A stretch of 64,000 bases of DNA from Sphagnum compactum (Eukaryota): positions 13,320,213 to 13,384,212 of the forward strand of contig OZ234493.1 of the NCBI GenBank assembly GCA_965153455.1, given 5' to 3'. How positions within the stretch are numbered: the stretch's first letter is position 1; every line of letters starts with the position of its first letter. The notes under the pieces were generated by a model. It worked only from the letters and a program-made list of their open reading frames with translations. It ran no database searches and was not told the DNA's origin. Of the stretch, positions 38,715 through 50,577 are shown piece by piece. The translations under genes and the position numbers were made by a program.

Positions 38715-39448
38715 CTAGTGTGAACCCAGTGCATAATGCACCCGTCGGTCCTTCCCCGCCCATGCTGGCCCCCCCCGCCTGGTCCTTCCCCGCCCGTGCC
38801 CCCCCCCCCCGCCCGGTCCTTCCCCGCCCATCCCCGCCCCCCCCCCCCCCCGCCCGGTCCTTTCCCGCCCGTCCCGCCCCCCCCCCCTCTGCTGGCCCCA
38901 TCCCCTTAATCGGGATGGACAGTAGCTAAAAGAAAAAAAGCTTCCCCAAAATCCATCCCGTCATCAAGCCGGACGGACATTTCATCCATCCCCTTAATTG
39001 GAACGGACAGTAGCTAAAAGAAAAAAAGGTAGTCTTGGTCAATACAAAAAAAAAAAAAAAAAAATTGATTCTGGGCTGTCCAAGGCCTAAATATTTTTTT
39101 TCTGGTCTTCCCCTAAATCCGTCTCGTCATCAAGCCGGATGGACATTTCATCCATCCCCTTAATCGGGACGGACAGTAGCTAAAAGAAAAAAAAGGTAGT
39201 CTTGGTCAATACAAAAAATTAAAAAAAAAAAAAAAATTCTGGGCTGTCCAAGGCCTAAATATTTTTTTTCTAGTCTACCAAATCTTTTGCCTCAAAAAAT
39301 CAGACTGCCCCTATTTCTTTTTTCTCTAGAGTCAGTTACATCTGGGGAAGCTCCACAGGGACTAAAGTTGTTGGAAAATGGACCGGTTCCGACGTAATGT
39401 TAAAACACCATAATGTCTTGTGACACACTGTAGCTTTTATATATAAGA
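38715..39448 (-). mobile_element. Non-autonomous Helitron (734 bp)
   Basis: Minus strand reads A|TCTTATATATAAAAG...GTGCA-TTA-TGCAC (hairpin)...CTAG|T. This gives 5' TC, 3' CTAG, a subterminal hairpin, an A/T target and no TSD. It contains a G/C-rich tract and internal duplications. Confidence 0.85.
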
Positions 39449-40309
39449 TGTTACTTTACATCTTTTCATCATGTATAAAATTTATTTCGATTTCCTTCTT
39501 GTAATTTTCATAATCACAAATTGAACTTTTTCGATCCATGTTATCACTTCCATTCATGATTCGAAATGAACAAATCACTTTGCATTTTACATTTTAAAAT
39601 GATTATGTATGTCAAATTTTTAATATTAAACTTAAGTTTCATAATGTAATGAACATATAATTATATTTTGATAATGAAACAAAAATATGTATTAGGTAAA
39701 CATATAAAATACCAAAATTATGTATTTTATTACGTGATTATAAATATTTATGTTTTTTGTCTCATAAACATTTATTCACATTTATATCTATGATAGAAAT
39801 GATGATTATGAGGTAACAGTTAAACATTTATTCACTTATATATCCAACGATAAAAATTAAATATTTTTATTAATAAAAATATTACACTTTACAAACAATA
39901 AAAAGGTTAACAAAAAGTGATTTTTTAATATAAAAAACCCACACCCCTTCCATCTTTGAAGAAAAAAAAGTAATAAAAAACTTTTAAAAAATTTTAAATG
40001 AAAGTAATAATAATAACAAAACTCATGCCCCCCATTCCCCGTTCGAGAATTTAAAAAAATCACAAAAAAAATTATAATGTTTTTAAATTACAAAAAATTA
40101 AATTTTATTAGAAAAACCCTCACACCCCACTTCCCCCCTTCAAAATTAAAAAGAATAACAAAAGGTGAAAAAATAAAACCCATGTTCCCATCCTCCCTCC
40201 TCTTAAGAGTAAAAATAACAAAAAAATCACACATCAAGTTACACATCAATGTGCAACACGATGCGCCCCTTTGATGTGCAAGTTACATTGCGCCTCAAAT
40301 GTAACTTGG

Positions 40310-40888
40310 TTCAATCAAGAATTGAACTGTTTTCACCATGGATTGCACAGTTGGTCGTGGAACTTCTTCCATGCTCACCTCCTTCTTTTCAGCCACCTCT
40401 GCTGTTTCATCGAACGTCGCCGCTTGTTCGTATCTCACTTGTTGTCGTAATTCTAACAACATACCAATGGTGAAATGTTCAAGTACCAATGCATTGATTC
40501 CCGCAAAAATTGGATCAATTCTTTCATGACCTTGTGCCCTAAGACACCCTTGGAGTTTATTTTGCAATGTCATTGTCCTCTCCTTATACTCTCTTACTGA
40601 CTCTAAAGCCCCCTGCTTTAGTTGACTCTGTTCAAGTATTAAGTTTTGGTAGACATTCTTCACAGAAAATTCCTTCACTAGGGCCTTAGTTATGTCAATC
40701 CATGATCCCTTTAATTCTTTCGTCTGTTGTTCAAATCAATGTGATGCCGTACCCTCTAAGAATTCAGGAAGAAAATTAAGCCATTCCACAACTGTTCTAA
40801 GCCCCGTTCTAATATAAGCCCGTTTATATTCCCTTAAAAACACTTCAGGGTCTTCACCCTTACTTCCCCTAAAAACTGGAATAACCAT
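40310..40888 (-). pseudogene. gag: Retrotransposon gag (capsid region), truncated before any zinc knuckle
   Basis: MVIPVFRGSKGEDPEVFLREY...FLEGTASH*, then LKQGALESVREYKER...EHFTIGMLLELRQQV...TFDETAEVAEKKE. Confidence 0.8.
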
Positions 40889-41675
40889 ATTGATTCTTAT
40901 TTTGTCTCTAAAAAAAAACACATCAAACTAATTAATTTCTTTAACCAACTATCACTTAGCTTTTACAACCTTTCCTCATGAATAAGGAAATTCCCAATGG
41001 CCCGATTTGCACTCATAATAAAATTTTCCCTATCTTCTCGGTGTAAATCTCTAAAAGGACCAGACATTTCCAATCTTGCAATCATCCTATTTAAATGCCT
41101 GGATTGAAAGACAACATTTACAAGATCATGACCATCACGAGTATCAATGACGCCTCCATTCCACATGACATGCAAGTTATTGGTTCTGGCATAATCTGGA
41201 GTCGCATCCTTCTTCCTAAGCCAAATGAGTAAATGTTGTTCTTGTGTGATTGTCCTTTGGTGTTGCATTGCAGGTTCTAGGTCAGGTTGAGGCCCAGATT
41301 CCTCCTGTCGTCTACGTAGTTATGATACTACCACACCTGGTTCACCTACAGTCCCAGGCTCTTCCAAAGGTCTTTCAACAAGTGAACTTGGCCTAGCAAC
41401 TCCTAATGTCAATGATGGGTCTGTTGCCTATCTTCGGGAAACTATGTACCAGGGGAGTCAGAAGCCTCTCCTAACATTGACATTAATGTTTTCACTAAAA
41501 CATTAATCCTAGAAATAAAACATATATTCATTTTATTTCTTTCAACAACTTACAACATTTTTTATATAAAAAGTCTAAAGGTTTCAACAAGGTCTAACGA
41601 ACATGAGCTTACTCAAGAACACTCACTATCCTTTATAAACTTCTATTTACATTTTCTCATATAGCTTAACACGTG

Positions 41676-42490
41676 TGACGCGCTCCCAAGTCCCTAGTTA
41701 GTCTCAAGTTGGACTAACTTGTTTCAAGTTGCGGAAAAAAGAAGGACTCGGGGCACGCTCCCAGCCTTCAGCACTAAAAGGGGTAGAGGGTCGTGCTGAA
41801 GCCTCAAGATGAACTAGGAAGAGTGACAAGCTTTTCACCTACTCAAATCTGCATCAAAACCAACACAAGTTGGTTAGACCACTTTCTGGATCAATTTAGT
41901 GGTAGGACAAGCAACGGGCAACCTTGGACTCACTTGACTCACCACGGCCCGGACTCGGGGGAAGCCACCACCTTCCCCCATATAGTATTCTCTACAGCTC
42001 TCCGCCGTGGCTACATCCGAATGGCATTTTTTCCCGGGCCTCCCAAGGGGGAGTCCCGAAACTGTCCCGGTTTGGACTTCTGGGACTTTGGGAGCTCATA
42101 TCTCCCGGCTCCGACCTCCGATTGGAGTGAGATCTAAACCAAAGTTATAGCTCTCCTCGAGATCTTTCCAACGGTGTGTCGCACTTCACTTCACACCGGG
42201 ATCAAGTCGATTCCAGACTTTTAGTGGTCGGGAGTCAAACTGCCAGTTTGACTCCCGGCCCTTCTTTTGCCCATAACTTGGGTTTCAGATGTCCAAATGG
42301 CCCATGCGAGGCCATTTTCGACATCTACACTTCAAGACCTTTCCATTGATATAAAGAACACATCAATGCGAGGTGTTTTTGACCCCTGCCATCGAGCTTT
42401 GAGTTTTCGGGAGTCCCGGAGGACTCCAACTTCCCACTTTTGGGAGTGTGAGTTTCATCCTCACACTTATCCCAAAGTGGGGTTGCGACA
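41676..42490 (-). mobile_element. Solo LTR of a second family nested in the Gypsy leader
   Basis: Minus strand reads TGTCGCAACC...GGGAGCGCGTCA. 5-bp TSD ACGTG at 41671-41675 and 42491-42495. Homologous to 13366-14299. Confidence 0.9.
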
Positions 42491-42903
42491 ACGTGCCATC
42501 TTCTTTTCCTTTCTTGCCTTCAACTTCCTTTTGCAAATCTTCTCATATTCCCACAAATCCAACTCTAGTTCATGCCTAGAATTACAAGTAATATCCAAAA
42601 GCAAACTCGGGGTCGGACAGAATGACTCGTGTTTATGGTCTTCATGATGCTGCTTTACGCGCCCAATCGTGCACCAAACTCGGCTTGGTTTGCCTTTCGT
42701 AATCTCCATTTCCACAAGCTGAATCTCCTCCACCCATGTTGTCAAATCTGTCTATGATTCAGGGATAAACAAGTCACCTTGCATCTCTCGTTTTAAAACA
42801 AAAAAAATAAAAGTTTATTCTTTTCTTTCCTTTTCCTCTCTTCTTCCTACCAAACTTTCAACGATAGAATCAAGTTCCACAACACAAAGAACATAGACTC
42901 GGG

Positions 42904-42920
42904 TCCCGGCAACGGAACCA
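42904..42920 (-). promoter_or_regulatory. Primer binding site, complementary to the 3' end of tRNA-Glu
   Basis: Minus strand TGGTTCCGTTGCCGGGA lies directly after the LTR. Plus strand TCCCGGCAACGGAACCA matches the plant cytosolic tRNA-Glu 3' end as I recall it. Confidence 0.75.
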
Positions 42921-42923
42921 AAA

Positions 42924-44637
42924 AGATGTGCAACATGAATAGATAAGTGCATGATATGGATACACTCTTAATTACAAGTACACTCCTATCCAGCTTACTT
43001 GATCATAATGCAAGCTGGCCTTATCAAACCGCTTCCGAACTTCCTGCACAAATGTACAACATTCATGATGAGTACAAACACATTCAAACTGTTGAAGGAC
43101 AGTCCTACACTAGAATTCCTTCGTCTCAAACCAAATAGAACAGACAGGCCACTCACAGAAATCCATGACATGCACTCATATAAGCTCCAACTAAGTCAAT
43201 GTCCTTACAGGTAAAAGACAATTTGAACCACAAGCTGAGCCACAGTTAAAAGCCATTCTTTGTCGGGGATGACCATATTTGGATCTATCTGCAGGTACTA
43301 AACTGGGAGACTGCTACAGCTCTCCTCCATAAAGATGAGTGGGATCACTCTTGTAAGCAACTCTGGGACTCAGTAAAACAAGGTTGTCACACATCGATTT
43401 GACTGGCCTTTGTTCTGTGGCAATATTTGTGGATGCAGTCGTGAGGAGGCCCGAGAACCCACATATATTGCCCAGTGGTGATGGAAGCCTATCATGCGCA
43501 GCAGCAGGACAAGGTTGATATCTAGCCACTGAAGCAGAATTACTCACATGTGTGTGGGTGGTTGGGTGCTGCCTTTGCTATGTAGTGGAGCCCAGTTCAG
43601 GTGCTTCTTGTCAGATTCTTCGTTCACCACAGGGCAATGTGGCTTCTCAAGCTAACTCACGGTCCCAACCACAAATTGCGCCACAGAATAAAGGCCAGGT
43701 AAATGGGCATGGGACTCAAACTTCGACGAAACCATAACCAAAGAACAACGAGTGCGTTTCGATCACAGGGCGACACATTAATACGTAAAAAAAATGCGAT
43801 CTCCTGCATCTCAAAAGATAAACGCCGCTCCTCCTTGTCCGCTTTCCCCCCTTCCTCTGACACACATGACGCACAAATGTATTCGAAAATAAACGAAAAG
43901 AAAAAACCAGACACAATTCGGCGCATTCCCGAAAATTGCTCCCAGATCCAATACCTTCAAATCTCAAATATCTGGATCGAAGTAGAAAACAAATTCTGAA
44001 GAGCTTCTCACACGGCCAGATCCAAACAAAGCTGATGAGATGGACATAAATGCGCATAGAAACAAAGCCACTGCAGCCGGCTGATACTGATAATAATGAT
44101 GATGACACCCCAACATACCTCGAGGCAGACACTCAGCGTAGTGTTGGTATTCCACGAGCTGTTGCCAATGTCCACTACACAACAACCAAAACAACTTTCA
44201 AAAACCAAAACTTCAATTCTAAGAAACTTTGCAGTCATACAATAACTTTGTACAAGTGAAGGTGTCTCTCAAAGTCATAACCACCCACTTATATACTAAC
44301 CAAAAGGAAACTAGTCAAGAAACTTCCTAAAGTTTATCCACCACATGGTTCCCCATGTGATTCCACAATTAATCACAAGGAAACAAAATCACATGGTCCC
44401 CCCATGTGATTCCACAATAAATCACAAGGAAACATAATCACATGGTCCCCCCATGTGATTCCACAATTAATCACAAGGAAACATAATCACATGGTGCACA
44501 TGACTTTCATATAAATTAATATGTGAAAGTCAATGCACCATGACCAAATTATAGAATCCTACCACTCAACTTACCCCTTTAAATAATTACCTAAGTAATT
44601 GTGTAATTTACATCAAGTTACACATCAAGTTACATCA
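42924..44637 (-). repeat. LTR (~1.7 kb) of the Gypsy element
   Basis: Starts TGATGTAAC right after the integrase stop and the purine-rich GAGTTTGGGAG. Ends ...GCACATCT just before the PBS. TATATAAG at ~44290 on the minus strand. Confidence 0.8.
44342..44496. repeat. 3+ x ~49-bp hairpin-containing tandem repeat in LTR U3
   Basis: Unit CACATGGT(C/T)CCCC(C)ATGTGATTCCACAAT(T/A)AATCACAAGGAAACA(T/A)AAT. ATCACATGG...CCATGTGAT is self-complementary. Confidence 0.85.
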
Positions 44638-44670
44638 CTCCCAAACTCATTATGGATTCCGTCCTCGGAA

Positions 44671-45780
44671 TCACACATCCAAAACCTTCTTCAATTTGTC
44701 ATGATTAATGTGGTCTGGATATGGTGAATCATCAACATTTTCAAGCTCATAAGATCCATTATCAACAAACACCTTCTTGATAACAAAAGGTACAAACCAC
44801 TTGGGTAACAATTTCTTATAAGCCATGCGATGATGTCGAGCGTCAAACATCATGACAAGGTCACATTCTTTGAATTCCCTTTACTTCACCTTCTTGTCAA
44901 AAGCCTTCTTTTATTGAGCGTGTGCAACTTCAATGGATTGGTGGGCTTTCGACTGCAATTCGTCCAACTCGTTAAGTTGCAACAATCGATGGCATTGAGA
45001 CTCATCCAAAGGAAGTCTCATTGTTGTGGCAGTGCGTAAAGTCATTACTTCCAGTTCAATGGATAAAAACGCTTCCATCCCGTAGGTTAAACGAAAAGGT
45101 GAGTACCATGTGGCAGTTTTGTATGTGCTGTTGTAAACCCACACAACATGGTGGATCTTGAGATCCCAATCACAAATGTTCACATGAACCTTGGCCTCTT
45201 TTGCCAACATGGAACACAATGTCCTATTGGTCCTTTCTACTAAGCCATTAGTGTTAGGCTTATACATAGTGATAAACCTATGTTTCACTGCAAGGCGTGC
45301 TAACAAGTTTTCCACAACCTCACTCAAAAACTAGGGTCCATTATCAGAAACAATTTCAAGTGGTGTCCCAAATCAAGTAAAAACTCGTTCATACAGAAAT
45401 AGTGCTACTTCATGTTTCACTGAAGACTTCAAGGCACATATTTCTGCAAACTTTGTGAGGTAGTTTGTGGCAACCACAATGAATCGATGCCCTCTCCTAG
45501 TCATTGGCAATGGGCCCATTAAATCAATTCCCCATTTTTCAAAAGGTCCTAATGGTGGTATGGGATGTAAAGGGCCACTCATAGTAGACCTGTGTGCATA
45601 GGCTTGACACACATCACAACTCCTACAATAATCATGGGCATCCTTGAAAAGGGTGAGCCAATAGTAATTTGCGTGCAAAATCTTTTCTGTAGTGATTCGT
45701 CTCGCAAAGTGGCCTCCACAGAACCCATCATGAAACTCATACAAAAGACGTGAGGTGCCACGTTTTCCACTGGTTCGTCA
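44671..45780 (-). pseudogene. Integrase (HHCC, catalytic core, GPY/F-type tail), disrupted
   Basis: HDGFCGGHF...CDVCQ, WGIDLMGP, YKPNTNGLVERTNRTL, SPFRLTYG, KLLPKWFVPFVI...INHDKLKK, split by stops and frameshifts. Confidence 0.9.
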
Positions 45781-47529
45781 TAAAACACCATCCCTCCCTT
45801 GGAAGTAGAGTTGATTGCCTATCATCGAGTAATTTCGACTCTTGTGCGCAATTCTTGTTTGTACTGCCTTTGTGGCTCTAATTGGAAACCTCATGCCATC
45901 TAAGTATTGAATGATTTCCTGATATTCTTCAGCTGTTTCTTCTGCATTAATGGCCATGATTGCCGCATCCGAAAAGTCATCATCCTCTGAAACATCACCC
46001 GCTCCTTCGTATGCCCTTGTAAGACCATCAACATTGCCATGCCGAATTCCTGGACGATGGACAATGTTAATGTCAAATTCCTCCATCAAGAGTAACCATC
46101 GAGCAAGTCGACCACTTGGATTGGGCTTGTTGACCAAGTAGGTTAAGGCCTTGTGATCTGTCACAATTTTGGCCTTGTATCCCAACAAGTAATGGCGAAA
46201 CTTCTTAAGAGAGAAAATAACTGCAAGACCTTCCAATTCGGTCACAGTATAATTTTTCTCTGCTGAAATTAATTATCTGCTAGCAAAATGAATGGGATGG
46301 TCGTGCCCATTTTCGTCCAATTGTGATAGTGTGCTCCCCACCGCTTTTCCAAATGCATCACAATATACTAAAAATGGTTTGTTCCAATCTGGAGTCCGAA
46401 GGATTGGCGCAACTTGAAAAACTGACTTCAGTTGTTCGAATGCCCGTCTTGACACCTCGTCCTCCATTGGTGCAGGTGCATCTTCACGCAAGAATCGTGT
46501 TAAAGGACGTGCTTTTGTTGCAAACATGTGTATGAACCTGCGATAATATCCCACCATCCCTAAAAAACCTCGAAAGGCTTTCTTTGTGGTGGGAAAGGGA
46601 AGCTTTGAAATCCTATCAAGCTTCTCGGGATCTATGGCTACCCCATCCTTTGACACAATGTGTCCAACCATCTTCCCTTCTGAAAAACCAATTGTGGTTT
46701 TCTCAAGGCTCAAAGTCACTCCCGAACTATCCAAGCGTTGAAAGACTAATTCAAGTTTGGCAAGGTGGGAAGCTCTATCACTATAAACTCCAAAGTCGTC
46801 AATGAAAACCCCTAGAAAAAGGCCCAAGAATGAATCAAAGACCTTGTTCATTAAAGGTTGAAATGTCCCTGGAGCATTGCACAACCCAAAGGGCATTACT
46901 ATGTAACAAAATGTCCCCCAAGGTGTGGTGAATGTGGTCTTCAATTGATCTTCTGGAGCAATTTTCACCTGGTGGTAGCCCCTATACCCATCTCCAAATA
47001 AATACATCTCGTGCCCTGCTACTTCTTCCAAAATTTCTTCACAAAATGGCAAAGGGTATTGGTCTTTTTTTGTTACTTTGTTTAAAGCTTTGTAGTTGAC
47101 ACATACCCTTAGCTTGCCATTCTTTTTTAATGTTAATACCACAGGAGAAACCCACTCAGTTGTCTCCACAGGTCTAATGAACCCTGCCTTCAACAACTTG
47201 TCAAACTCCTCCTTCACCATTGCCGTGTACCTTGGGTTCGACCTCCCTTGTTTGGCCCTGATCGGTTTGGCATTTGGTAACAATTCAATTTTGTGTTGCT
47301 CCATGGTGACCTCCCTAAGGTCTTTGTAGCTGAAAGCAAAAAGATGGATATACTTACATAGTAAATCCTCATATTGTTTTTTTTCCTCTGGGTGAAAGTC
47401 TGGTCCTAGTTGAATCTTGCTCAGCCGCTTCACGACTTCTCCTTCTGTTAACACGCATGGAGTTGATTGGTTATCATCCCCTTGAACCCTTTGATTCGAC
47501 AAAGCTCCAACCTTGGGGATTGTCTCCAA
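45781..47529 (-). pseudogene. Reverse transcriptase and RNase H, disrupted
   Basis: WVSPVVLTLKKNGKLRVCVNYKALN, YHQVKIAPEDQLKTTFTTPWG, MPFGLCNAPGTFQ, FIDD, FLGMVGYYRRFI, YCDA, TELEGLAV, TDHKAL, RLARWLLLMEEF. Confidence 0.93.
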
Positions 47530-47712
47530 AGCATATAACCCTACTTCCTCTTCACTAGAATCATCCGTGTAAATCCCTTCAGAGCTAGAACTTTGGTCTG
47601 TTTTTTATTCATCCTCATATTCACTTGTCCCTCTAGAACTTTTCACAAAACTAGCAAATGGAACTTTTTGTTGGTTAGGATGAACTCCGATGGTCATGTA
47701 TCCTTCGCCCCA

Positions 47713-48160
47713 CTAGTTCCTTGCATGCGACTTTATTAACCAAAGCCTACCTAATATCATTGGATAAGCCCCATCTTCCTCTAATACCACATGGAAATCC
47801 ACAATGGTAAAAACCCTCATTACAGTGATCACAACATTGCTAATGACTCCTTCTGGCCTAATAACTCGTTTGTTAGCCATCTTTAAGGTTACTAAGGCTA
47901 GCCTATCAATTTTCAAGCCTAAGTACCTCATTGCAGGAATTGTCATCACATTGACTCTTGCCCCTCCATCCACCAACACTCCACACAACACTGATCCATT
48001 ACATTGCACATCAATGATCGGATCACATTCGCGCTCAGCTGCTATGGCATTCAAAGGTGTGGTACCTTTGGGACTTTAGGTGTTGACAACCCCTTTCTCA
48101 ACTCCCTTCGAGCTGACGACACCATTGCCACCAACTGTTCGATGGTGATGTCTGCAAACA
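47713..48160 (-). pseudogene. Aspartic protease of pol
   Basis: VLVDGGARVNVM...FHVVLEEDGAYPMILGRLWL. Confidence 0.85.
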
Positions 48161-48167
48161 TGGAATT

Positions 48168-48318
48168 ATTACACAATTACTTAGGTAATTGTTTACAGGG
48201 GTAAGTTGAGTGGTAGGATTCTATAATTTGGTCATGGTGCATTGACTTTCACATATTAATTTATATGGAAGTCATGTGCACCATGTGATTATGTTTCCTT
48301 GTGATTAATTGTGGAATC
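48168..48318 (+). repeat. Inverted 151-bp copy of LTR segment 44457-44607
   Basis: Reverse-complement match with 3 mismatches by eye. Confidence 0.9.
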
Positions 48319-50049
48319 AAAATTATTACACGATGCGCCCCTTTGATGTGCCTCACCATTCTCCTACCATCATTCAATTATCGACGGGTTCAAGTTACAT
48401 TGATGCGCCCCTTTAAAGAATAAATAATAATAATAATAATAAATTTACAAATAATAAAAAATAACAAAAAGTGAAAAAACAACTCATGCCCCCTTCCTTC
48501 TCTCTCTCCCTCTAAATATCTTGTGATCAATGATTTTTCACGTAGGACCTTTTTGACTGAAGTAGATGCAAGTGTTCGCTACTAAGGCAAGGTAACTTTG
48601 GTGAGGGTGAGGAACAAATCGGCGGTTCACTTTACACACTGCGAGCGTTCATCAGACACAAAAGATTGTACACGTGCGTTGTCTTGATTGCACTGGGAGG
48701 CAGCGCTTTGGTTGTCTTTTGGAGAAACAAACCCAATTCCGGGCAAATGACAAAGATGACTTCAAATAGTAGCACTGGTTAAGTTATTTCTACTTCCCCA
48801 TGTAGTTTTTGGATTCCTTGCACTACTCATGCTCCTTATTTCCAATGAAGGGCTTATAGGTCTTAGAAGTTTGTTACAAGAAGATGGGGACTAGACAAAA
48901 TCCTTGATCACAATATGTCCATATGATGTTGACATTCTTCTTATTGCACATGTATTCATTTCTATTGCAATCGTTCCTCAGTCACTTTCAGCCTTATGTC
49001 TGTTGGAATTGATTGCATGATCCTCAGTGAGGAACAAAATTACAAAAATTGGAGAGGTTTCTATCCATAAACCAACAAAAATAGTGGTAGAGACTGCAGA
49101 CATTCTCAAAACTACTATTTGTGGTCTAGTGTGGACAATTGATATTAACCTACATTCTCAAGATATTGTAGTCAAAATGCAATCACCTGAGATGTTATTC
49201 CTGATTTCATCAAGTCCACAATTTGTTTCTTGACCAGATTGCCTCTCTTGGTAGATTGTCTTGTTGTTTTGCCTTTTAAAGTGCTATCCATTTGGTTTGT
49301 GCTTATCTTGAAACATAAATTGGGCATGAAAGTCTAGACATTGTTTGAGTTTTTACCACGTATGCATTCCCACAAATGTTTAGGTCATGACCATCAGATA
49401 TATTTGGTAGAAGTTTAATGGCTATATTACAACTAATTACTTCAATTAGGTTTTCATTTCAAGTTTGTGTTTAAGCTTTTGGGCTTTCTTGGAGGTGTTT
49501 GAAAGAAGACAATGATGTCCATGATGTGTTTTGTTGTAAGTGCTTAACAAAAGTTGTCTTCACACTTTTAAGTTCTTTTTCAATGTTGCCAACCAAGGTT
49601 GCAATCTTTGAAGGGCATTGCGCAAAATATAATGATCCAAGTGTACACATTCTAATTTATGCAAAATCTATCAAGCTCAATGTTTATAACTAAATACTTA
49701 TCCTTTTTCAAGTTTAATGCACGTTGCAAGGTAACATAAGGTGAGCTATAACTTGGGAATTGATATTATAACAGTCTTGGGTAGGCGGCAAATGCATAGT
49801 CATGATGATGTGGGTGCCAAACCCTAAATTTCATGTTTGAACTTGAAAATTCACCGCTAAGGGTAAAAGCCATGTAGAAGTTTGAAAGCCTCCAAGTAGC
49901 AAATAATAAATGTAGGATCTCAAAGTTTTTCTATTCTAGATATTATGCATAGGCATTGTTAAATATATATTATTTCTTTGCACAACTATGGGCAGAACTA
50001 GTTGTCAAACAATTCCTTCTAACATGGTGGTGGGTCTACATTACAATAG

Positions 50050-50577
50050 GAAGTAACACAAAGTTTTATGGCAGTTGGAAGAGCGGCAATTGAAGAGTTT
50101 AGTGTTTTGGAGATTTTGTTTAATATGACCGCAAAGAAGGAGGAGATAGGAGGCCAACCAGATGGGTTTGAAAGGTTGTTGAGGTATTATGCGAAATTAG
50201 CACCTACTCAATTTATAGAGAAATTGGTCATTCCTGAACTTTATAATGAATTTTTATTGGAGATATTTTCATCATGGATGACACCATTAAATGGGGATGA
50301 GGATCATCTTGATTTCCAATGTGTATATTATGAAAGAGAATGGTCAAATAAGCTATGACTTACTAACCATAGGTCTCAAGGATACCTAGATGCTTCTATT
50401 AACCCAAGAATAAATAAACCCATTTGTATTCCAATGCTTCCCAATTTGGCTATTGTCCAACTAGTGGAGGTGTTGAAGCAGCAAATTGAAAACAATGATA
50501 CTTTTTCAATTCAATTGAAGTTATCGACCCAAGTTGATGTTGATGTAAAAATAACATTGAAAAAAGCTCTAGGATGA
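50050..50577 (+). pseudogene. Decayed ORF of unknown family
   Basis: 96-aa ORF that continues past one stop. Its motif LLRYYAKLAPTQFIEKLVIPELYNEF resembles the relic at 61178-61385. Confidence 0.4.

Larger units (their letters stand above)
40229..48414 (-). mobile_element. Ty3/Gypsy LTR retrotransposon (no chromodomain), circularly permuted with one central LTR, non-functional
   Basis: On the minus strand: PR-RT-RH-IN (48160-44671), PPT-like tract, LTR (44637-42924), PBS, leader ORFs, gag (truncated at ~40310). Filler mosaics at both ends. Confidence 0.88.

Noticed and set aside
38644-38929. Gly-rich and Pro-rich ORFs on opposite strands
   Set aside because: Artefacts of the G/C tract inside the Helitron.
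41793-42647. Several plus-strand ORFs of 68-126 aa
   Set aside because: They lie in or straddle the GC-rich solo LTR and are chance frames.
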